Assembly (NCBI GenBank): GCA_031282985.1 | Contig: JAITCR010000006.1 | Location: forward strand, 1 to 44,662 | Direction: 5' to 3' | Length of the DNA: 44,662 nucleotides | Source of the DNA: Nitrososphaerota archaeon | GTDB lineage: Archaea > Thermoproteota > Bathyarchaeia > Bathyarchaeales > Bathycorpusculaceae | Shown here: positions 38,794 to 44,662 of the stretch, one piece after another | How positions within the stretch are numbered: the stretch's first letter is position 1 | Layout: each line of letters opens with the position of its first letter | Position numbers and translations under genes: made by a program | Notes under the pieces: model-generated | Database searches by the model: none | The model's input: the letters and a program-made list of their open reading frames with translations, nothing else | What the model was told of the DNA's origin: nothing

Positions 38794-38924
38794 TATGTTA
38801 TTAACATATGTTATTAACATATGAAATATTATTATTATAGTGTACACTATATTTTTAATTAAATAAATGAGATAATTGATTTTCCTAGAGCAAAAATTTA
38901 GGTTAATAACCTATGTTATTAACC
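38794..38924. promoter_or_regulatory. Cluster of four palindromic TA(T/G)GTTA(A/T)TAAC sites around an AT-rich core with a 16-bp palindrome
   Basis: Copies at 38794, 38807, 38899 and 38912; TATAGTGTACACTATA at 38836-38851. Confidence 0.6.
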
Positions 38925-38943
38925 AAAGAATTCAACAAACAAA

Positions 38944-39267
38944 TCACTTATTCACCTCCCCAGCCTCCTCCTCAGAACTCACATCAGAAGAAACAGAGCC
39001 AGCATTGCTGTTGTTGGTTGGGAAAACAGAGTTAGCAGAATTTTTATTTAACAAACTTTTAATTTTTAGATAGTCTCTATAATGGGCGTTAAAGGGTGCA
39101 CAAGTATAACAGTATTTACGACGCGGACCACTACCACTCTTTAACACAAACCTCACCCCACAAGCACAACAAGTCTTTGTACGCTTATGCGAAGAATGAT
39201 TCCCATTAACATTAGCAACACGAACACAAAGCCTCAACGGCTCCAAAGTAAACTCTGCCACATCCAT
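38944..39267 (-). CDS. Zinc-finger hypothetical protein
   Basis: CCACG.RF...GPRRKYC..C; TAATG overlap with the upstream gene. Confidence 0.6.
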   Translation of the reverse strand: MDVAEFTLEPLRLCVRVANVNGNHSSHKRTKTCCACGVRFVLKSGSGPRRKYCYTCAPFNAHYRDYLKIKSLLNKNSANSVFPTNNSNAGSVSSDVSSEEEAGEVNK

Positions 39268-39830
39268 TACCGCGCAGCCTCCAACAAGGTTATGGTGCTC
39301 GCTATTTGGTTACCCCACACATACCAACCGGGATGGTGTTGACGTGCAAACAGTTCTACACGTGACACATCGTTGCCTAAGAGTTGTTCTATGCGTTTTC
39401 TTGCAGTGTCAGGTTTACGTGAATGCTCACGTCTTGGTTCAACAATTACGTGGGAGACATTGTGTTTTTGTACGGCAGGGTGGCCTTTGGTTGCCAGTAG
39501 ACAGAATTCGGCGTTTGCCCTTGTCCAGTAGCCCGTGCCCAAAGCCCAGCCTTTACTTTTACGATTCGGTTTAACCCACGTAAAGGCCACACTTTTAAAT
39601 TGAAACCCCCAGGCACCAATTACCTGCAGCGCGTCAGGTAAACAAGGTCCTGTACACCATAAAAACAGGGCGCAGTTTTTGGCCGCTAAATTCTGCACTG
39701 GCAACTGGCAGATTTCAGAGGTGCTCATTAAACTATAATGCGCCACTGCGCGTCCGTTGCCACCGTTATGGTACTGCCACGGCGGGTCAGCATAAATAAT
39801 GCTAAACTTCATTATAGCCAAGCCTCCCAT
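39267..39830 (-). CDS. MT-A70-family adenine methyltransferase
   Basis: IIYADPPW, LFLW, HSRKP and VELFAR motifs; probable start at MKFS. Confidence 0.9.
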   Translation of the reverse strand: MGGLAIMKFSIIYADPPWQYHNGGNGRAVAHYSLMSTSEICQLPVQNLAAKNCALFLWCTGPCLPDALQVIGAWGFQFKSVAFTWVKPNRKSKGWALGTGYWTRANAEFCLLATKGHPAVQKHNVSHVIVEPRREHSRKPDTARKRIEQLLGNDVSRVELFARQHHPGWYVWGNQIASTITLLEAAR

Positions 39831-40051
39831 ACGTTAGCTAAAGTTATACCTAATTTACGGAACCATATCTCTAACACGTGTGAATCAATCATGTTGTATC
39901 GATAGATAAATTTGCAATCATCAATAGCATAGTGTACGTCCATAACGCACGTTAGGTTTGGGTGAAAAAGCATTATTTCGTATTGTTCTTTTAAGGCACA
40001 CTTTATGTCTTTACGCCAACGCTCAAATTTGAGTTCATATCGCCGACTCAT
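39812..40051 (-). CDS. Hypothetical protein
   Basis: 79 aa; ATGA overlap with the C5 methyltransferase gene. Confidence 0.55.
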   Translation of the reverse strand: MSRRYELKFERWRKDIKCALKEQYEIMLFHPNLTCVMDVHYAIDDCKFIYRYNMIDSHVLEIWFRKLGITLANVWEAWL

Positions 40052-41070
40052 ATAGAAGCCTCCTTACATTCAGGAACGTAACCAAAAAATTGTTGTTTCT
40101 TTAAGAAGTCTATCAGTAATTTGCCAATAGCAGATATAACCGTGGTTGTTACGGCGTTGCCTAAAGTTTTGTAGCGTTGAGTGTTACTGATTGGCACTGT
40201 TTCCCCTGTGGGGGTTAAACCGTGTTTTGTCCAGTTGTTAGGAAAGCCCTGTAAGCGTTCACATTCAATCGGTGTAAGACGTCTTATGCTTTCCCTTTCA
40301 CGCAACACCATAGGAACATTATTGCCGCCGGTACCCATTCGGGAACATAAAGTGGGCATAACCTCAGAGTTAACCCGTAAAACAGGTTTATTTTTATTTT
40401 TATGCATGTTCGTTTGAATAATCAGGGTTCTGCCACCGCCTGCTCCTTTAGGGTAATTTGCATCAAGACAGGTGCATGTTGTTTGTCGTTTTGAAATTTT
40501 GTTAAAATATGACTTACCGCTTTGGGGGATAGGAAAAACTGTTTCTCCACCTCTGGCAAAGGTTGCAAGATATCCGATAATGAACACTCGTCTTCGTTGT
40601 TGAGGAACTCTAAAGAATTTGCTGTCAAGTATTCGCCATTCAACAGTATACCCGAGTTCATGAAGCGACCATAATATTTCTTTGAAAACCCCGCCCTGTT
40701 CAATGCAAAGTAATCCGGGGACATTTTCGAGCAATAACAGTTTTGGCTGTTTTTCTTTTGCGAAACGCAATATTTCAGGGTACAAGAGTCCGCGAGGATC
40801 CTTTGTGCCTTTTCGTGCTCCGGCGTTGCTGTAGGGTTGACAAGGAAACCCTGCCACAAGCAAATCGAAAGAGGGCACATTCTGTGTTTGTACCTTTTTA
40901 ACATCGATTTCCTGTAGGTTACTGTTGGGCCAGTGGTGGCGGTAGATGGCGGCGGCGTACTGGTCGTGTTCGTTAGCGTACACTGTATGAAACTGGGATG
41001 AGGCGTTTTCAAGTCCAAGTCGGAAGCCTCCGATGCCGGCGAAGAGTTCACACACTTGGATGTCATGCAT
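40048..41070 (-). CDS. DNA (cytosine-5) methyltransferase
   Basis: ELFAGIGG (I), GFPCQ (IV), ENV (VI), QQRRR (VIII), RRLTP.ECERLQGFP and LGNAV (X). Confidence 0.93.
   Translation of the reverse strand: MHDIQVCELFAGIGGFRLGLENASSQFHTVYANEHDQYAAAIYRHHWPNSNLQEIDVKKVQTQNVPSFDLLVAGFPCQPYSNAGARKGTKDPRGLLYPEILRFAKEKQPKLLLLENVPGLLCIEQGGVFKEILWSLHELGYTVEWRILDSKFFRVPQQRRRVFIIGYLATFARGGETVFPIPQSGKSYFNKISKRQTTCTCLDANYPKGAGGGRTLIIQTNMHKNKNKPVLRVNSEVMPTLCSRMGTGGNNVPMVLRERESIRRLTPIECERLQGFPNNWTKHGLTPTGETVPISNTQRYKTLGNAVTTTVISAIGKLLIDFLKKQQFFGYVPECKEASI
40422..41066 (-). CDS. Overprinted ORF resembling the M.EcoHK31I beta polypeptide (start uncertain)
   Basis: Alternative frame open for 214 codons, ending GEYLT.N..E..ECSLSDILQ..VEKQFFLSPKAVSHIL. 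Confidence 0.65.
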   Translation of the reverse strand: MTSKCVNSSPASEASDLDLKTPHPSFIQCTLTNTTSTPPPSTATTGPTVTYRKSMLKRYKHRMCPLSICLWQGFLVNPTATPEHEKAQRILADSCTLKYCVSQKKNSQNCYCSKMSPDYFALNRAGFSKKYYGRFMNSGILLNGEYLTANSLEFLNNEDECSLSDILQPLPEVEKQFFLSPKAVSHILTKFQNDKQHAPVLMQITLKEQAVAEP

Positions 41071-41118
41071 TAGTTAGCCTCCACCTGGCTTGGTGTTTGC
41101 CGATTAGAAATTTTTTGG

Positions 41119-42240
41119 TCATTTCTTGTTAGGCATCCTCCCGATGAAAGGTTCTGCAATATCCTGTTTACTCATAAACCAGAAGCAGCCATCCCAACCT
41201 AACTGATATTTTTGGTCGGATTCTTTCTTTTGATTCTCCGTTTCAATGCGATAAACTAGATTTGAATAATATTGGAGGTTTGTAGAGTTCTTGTTATTTT
41301 TATGTTTGTAGAGGCGTTCGCAATATTTTCCTGTTGATGTTGTACCTTTCGCCCAAATCCTGCCCATTTTGTCTGTGAAAAACTCTTCTTGCTCAACAGA
41401 CTTCGACGGCGGCAGCGGTGGGGTTGTTGGGGGTGGGTTTGTTGTTTGTTGTTTGTTGGGTGTTGGTGTTGTTGGTGGTGGGGTGGTGGGGTGGGGTGTT
41501 GTGGGGTGGGTTTGGTTGTGGATTTTTTGTAGTGTTAGGGGGTTAAATGTGTTTATGAGGGGTTCCCAAAGTTTTTGGATGTCGGTGCGCAGGTTGTTTA
41601 TTTCTGTTATTAGTTTATGTATTAGGAGGGTAGGTTTTGCTTTGGTGCATTGTTCAAAGTCGCTGCAGGGTAAGGAGCCACCGTTTGGGTTTATGCATGA
41701 GGTGCAATAGATGGCGGTAAAATCTGCTATGGGACTTAAATGTTTATGCGGCTGCGGTGATGAGGGTGGGGGTCTGGGTGCATTTTTTGTTTCTTGCTGC
41801 TGCTGTGGCTGCTGTTGCTGGAGTTGTTGTTTTTTGCGTTGTTGTATGATTTCCAGGGGTGTTTTGGTGTAGTCTATATTGCTGGGTTCTTCGTTAAACT
41901 CAGAAGAGACAACAGACGTAGTAGTTGTAGGGGGTGTTTTAGGTGCAGGTACATCTGATTGCGGGGTTGGCGGGGTTGTTGTTGGTTGTGTTGTTGTTGG
42001 TTGTTGTGGGGTTGGTGGGAGGGGGATGGTGTATTGGGGTGTGTTTGTGGTTTGGTTGATTGTCATGTTGCCGTTGAGGGGTTTTATGGTGGCCCAAATT
42101 TTGTCGTGTTCGGTAATTGTTAGGTTATAATTTGGAAAGGTGATAAGTAATTGGTTGTTTTCGCTTCGGAAAACGGCAATTGCTTCAAGTTCGGGGGGTA
42201 GGGCTTTTTGAAGTTGAGTTATGAACTCTTTGGAGTGCAT
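41119..42240 (-). CDS. Pro/Thr/Gln-rich multi-domain hypothetical protein (start re-called to ATG at 42240)
   Basis: TAATG overlap with the upstream gene; GAGGAGGG SD; internal CxxC..C..C. Confidence 0.6.
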   Translation of the reverse strand: MHSKEFITQLQKALPPELEAIAVFRSENNQLLITFPNYNLTITEHDKIWATIKPLNGNMTINQTTNTPQYTIPLPPTPQQPTTTQPTTTPPTPQSDVPAPKTPPTTTTSVVSSEFNEEPSNIDYTKTPLEIIQQRKKQQLQQQQPQQQQETKNAPRPPPSSPQPHKHLSPIADFTAIYCTSCINPNGGSLPCSDFEQCTKAKPTLLIHKLITEINNLRTDIQKLWEPLINTFNPLTLQKIHNQTHPTTPHPTTPPPTTPTPNKQQTTNPPPTTPPLPPSKSVEQEEFFTDKMGRIWAKGTTSTGKYCERLYKHKNNKNSTNLQYYSNLVYRIETENQKKESDQKYQLGWDGCFWFMSKQDIAEPFIGRMPNKK

Positions 42241-42602
42241 TATGTGCCCTCCTCTGTTGTTGTTGTCTTTTTTTCTTTTTTTGTTTTTATGGTTATTGTT
42301 GTGGGGTATAGGGCTTGTTTGATGCTGTTTAGTCGGTTGAATCCTGTGGTGGAGGTTTGGTATTTTGTGATTGGGGATGTTTGGGTTTTGTTTAGCATTT
42401 CGGTGTTTGTTAGTTCTTGCAGGTATTGGTAGAGGTGGGGTTCGTTTTTTAGGTGGCATTTGTAGCGTATTGTTGAAGCCTTTACAGGTTTGCTATTGTT
42501 GCAGGCAGTTAATATTTTTGCAACATCCAACAAGTACACTGCATTACCACCCCTACTACTATTATGGTTGCCTAAACCCTCATTGTTATTGTTGAAACTC
42601 AT
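42240..42602 (-). CDS. Winged HTH protein
   Basis: AKILTAC..STIRYKCHL..YLQEL..ML..YQTS..G, archaeal wHTH pattern. Confidence 0.6.
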   Translation of the reverse strand: MSFNNNNEGLGNHNSSRGGNAVYLLDVAKILTACNNSKPVKASTIRYKCHLKNEPHLYQYLQELTNTEMLNKTQTSPITKYQTSTTGFNRLNSIKQALYPTTITIKTKKEKKTTTTEEGT

Positions 42603-42826
42603 ATAGGAGCCTCCCCATGCGTAGTAGCAAATGATGATGGTGATGGTGGTGGGGGTGGGGTTTTGATGTGGGTTTGTAAAAATTTGCGTTCTTCAAATTC
42701 GCCAAGTAAACTGATAATGGTTGTAAGCTGTTTGTTTGATAATTTTATGTTGAGTGTTTTTGTGAGTTCGTGTATAAAGTGCATTTCTGCACTAGCATTT
42801 CTGTTGTTTTTGGTGTAAACAGACAT
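42599..42826 (-). CDS. Small hypothetical protein
   Basis: 75 aa, coupled to both neighbours. Confidence 0.5.
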   Translation of the reverse strand: MSVYTKNNRNASAEMHFIHELTKTLNIKLSNKQLTTIISLLGEFEERKFLQTHIKTPPPPPSPSSFATTHGEAPI

Positions 42827-42827
42827 G

Positions 42828-43709
42828 TTAGGTCTTCACCTTGCTCTGTTGGGTAATTTTTTGGTTTTTAGCAACAAACACTGTGCCATTCTTACGTGCA
42901 ACAGTTAAATCATTTAACAAGTGTACAACCGAATTATCCCCCATACGGTGTACAACTGAATTATCCCTCATTGTTTGTACAACTGAATTAGCCCTCATTG
43001 TTTGTACAACTGAATTATCCCTCATTTCTTGTACAACCGAACTATTCCCCATATGGCGTACAACCGAACTATTCCACATGTGGTATACAATCGAATTATC
43101 CCCCATAATGTGTACAACCGAACTATCCTCAATATAGTGTACAACCGAATTATCCCTCATACGGTGTACAACCGAATTATCCCTCATACTGTGTACAACC
43201 GAATTAGCCCTCATTTCTTGTACAACCGAACTATCCACCATACGGTGTACAATCGAATTATCCCCCATAATGTGTACAACCGAGTTATCCCTCATTTGTT
43301 GGATTGTTGTGTTAGTTCCCATTAGGTGGATGAATTGGTTTTGTTCCAGTTTTTCAAGGGTTTCGCCATCTAACAATAGGTGTTGTTTCCAGCTTTCTTC
43401 TGCGGCAAGCCAACATTTTGCAATGATTTCTGCCGGGTTGTCCTCAAGCCACTTGGGTAGAGTTTTTTCTTCATCCCACCTAAACGAGAATAAGTCATGG
43501 TTAAGCTCAGAGCGTTTGCACTTAGCTAATACTGTATCATCTTTGGGAGTGATTTCAAATCGAACAATGTCGCGATTTTTCAATTTTTCATCTTTTAAGC
43601 CAAACGTGGAAATTATGGTTTCATGACTCATAGGATCCCCCTGACTGCAGTCAGAGAGAGTAAACACTTTGCCTTCTGAATTTACAACCCCACTAAAATA
43701 ACGACACAT
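42828..43709 (-). CDS. Hypothetical viral protein with 9-aa tandem repeats (probable beta-solenoid)
   Basis: MC.YFSG..SHE..VRFEITP N-terminus, then 14 M(R/G)DNSVV(H/Q)x-type units. Confidence 0.75.
   Translation of the reverse strand: MCRYFSGVVNSEGKVFTLSDCSQGDPMSHETIISTFGLKDEKLKNRDIVRFEITPKDDTVLAKCKRSELNHDLFSFRWDEEKTLPKWLEDNPAEIIAKCWLAAEESWKQHLLLDGETLEKLEQNQFIHLMGTNTTIQQMRDNSVVHIMGDNSIVHRMVDSSVVQEMRANSVVHSMRDNSVVHRMRDNSVVHYIEDSSVVHIMGDNSIVYHMWNSSVVRHMGNSSVVQEMRDNSVVQTMRANSVVQTMRDNSVVHRMGDNSVVHLLNDLTVARKNGTVFVAKNQKITQQSKVKT
42918..43295. repeat. 27-bp x14 coding tandem repeat
   Basis: TGTACAACCGAATTATCCC-type unit recurring every 27 bp. Confidence 0.9.
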
Positions 43710-44008
43710 ACCTAGTCTCCTCCTTCGTTACAGTTTCGCCGCAGGTAGGGCCGCTATGTAGGTGGTCTGTTAGGTCTCTTTCCGCAAAGGCTTCCTCAAG
43801 TAACATGCCGCAAACTGTGCAACAAAAAACCTTCAACCCTAAACAACCTCCATCTGGCTTTGGCTGTTTGCCTTTTTGGTTATCTGAAGTGTAGGGAAAT
43901 GATTGAAAACAGGGTTAACACTAAAACATTTACTTAACATGACAAAACCTTCCTGTAATTGTTTTTACATAAAAATTTGAAACTGTACAAACAAAAAAGA
44001 GAAAAAAA

Positions 44009-44025
44009 CAGTACTTTGTCTCCCG
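44009..44025. repeat. Right 17-bp inverted repeat CAGTACTTTGTCTCCCG
   Basis: Exact reverse complement of 3539-3555. Confidence 0.93.
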
Positions 44026-44034
44026 CTCGGTTAA

Positions 44035-44054
44035 GAGTCCTTTCAGCGGCGCCA
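44035..44054 (+). repeat. attR core GAGTCCTTTCAGCGGCGCCA
   Basis: Exact match to the tRNA-Asn 3' end at 3514-3533. Confidence 0.95.
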
Positions 44055-44118
44055 CCCTCCTATTTCTGCTGCCCTTTCTCAAGTTTCGTGTTATAAACCC
44101 CAAAAACACACTAAAAAC

Positions 44119-44508
44119 ATGACACCCTCAACAACAATAATTGACCGATCCCTACACAGTTACGCCAAACGCCTAAAACGCTACCGATACAACATCAGCT
44201 TAATGCCCAACGGCAACATCTCTGCATTTTTTAGATCATTTAAGCGCCCTTGGACTTTCTCTGGGCAGGGTATCTAAATACGGTAGTCACCTCCCACCCC
44301 TACTACGACTAATAAAAGTAGACCTTAAAGCTATAACAAAAACAGATGTTGAAGAAATTGTTGCAGCTATAAACAATGGAAACTATACCGCATGGGCCAA
44401 ACATGATAAAAAGCTAATTTTGCGCAAACTTGTCCAGTATGCTAAACTGGGCAGCTGTACCCGTGGCACTCCTTGGCCAGATGAAGTAAACTGGATCAGT
44501 TTAATAGT
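44119..44508 (+). pseudogene. Frameshifted, truncated N-terminus of a second integrase-like gene
   Basis: Manual translation: MTPS..YAKRLKRYRY, frameshift near 44225, then FLDHLSALGLSLGRVSKY..WAKHDKKLILRKLVQYAK..PDEVNWI (SAM-like integrase N-domain pattern). Confidence 0.55.
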
Positions 44509-44662
44509 AGACCTCTTGCGAAACTAAAATAAGTTGGTATGTTGTTTGTTTTGATTTATAGTGATTACGTAAAGTTTGAGACGTTGAGTGGTTATTGTGA
44601 TGAAAAGTTTCGTCGGATAACAGGTGTTAAGCGGGTTACTTTTGAAAAAATGTTGAAAATAC
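44509..44662 (+). mobile_element. Left end of a probable IS5-family (ISL2-like) insertion sequence, running off the window
   Basis: Translation KFETLSGYCDEKFRRITGVKRVTFEKML from ~44572 resembles ISL2-type transposase N-termini; abrupt end of the integrase remnant. Confidence 0.55.

Larger units (their letters stand above)
3514..44054. mobile_element. Integrated archaeal tailed virus (Caudoviricetes-type provirus), ~40.5 kb
   Basis: Identical 20-bp att repeats at both ends, integrase at the left end, and a terminase/portal/protease/capsid/tail module. Confidence 0.92.

Noticed and set aside
42918..43295. Possible CRISPR array
   Set aside because: Fixed 27-bp period with no unique spacers; it encodes in-frame 9-aa repeats; no cas genes seen
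44021..44054. Second tRNA gene
   Set aside because: Only the 3' 20 nt match; the 5' half and anticodon arm are absent, so it is attR

Overview
Archaeal chromosomal window; the gene content (porGDAB, PadR, ECF S-component, InlB-B repeats, integrase type) suggests Bathyarchaeia, but this is inference. Host pyruvate:ferredoxin oxidoreductase genes and tRNA-Asn(GTT) are followed by an apparently complete ~40.5-kb tailed-virus provirus (3514-44054). It is bounded by a 20-bp direct repeat of the tRNA 3' end, with a 17-bp inverted repeat just inside the two ends. The provirus carries a tyrosine integrase, many small divergently arranged DNA-binding genes, and an accessory region. That region holds a DprA+PRTase (ShosTA-like) pair, an ECF S-component, a TIGR04255 three-gene cluster, and duplicated arms suggesting two alternative cassettes in tandem. 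A minus-strand morphogenesis operon follows (terminase, portal, MuF, protease/scaffold, capsid, tail/hub). Its head-tail adaptor-like domain is fused to 12 InlB-B repeats and split by a one-base frameshift in a G7 tract. The right arm encodes MT-A70 and C5 DNA methyltransferases, the latter with an overprinted M.EcoHK31I-beta-like ORF. A degraded second integrase and the start of an IS5-like element lie beyond attR. All family assignments come from motif recognition by eye; no searches were run.
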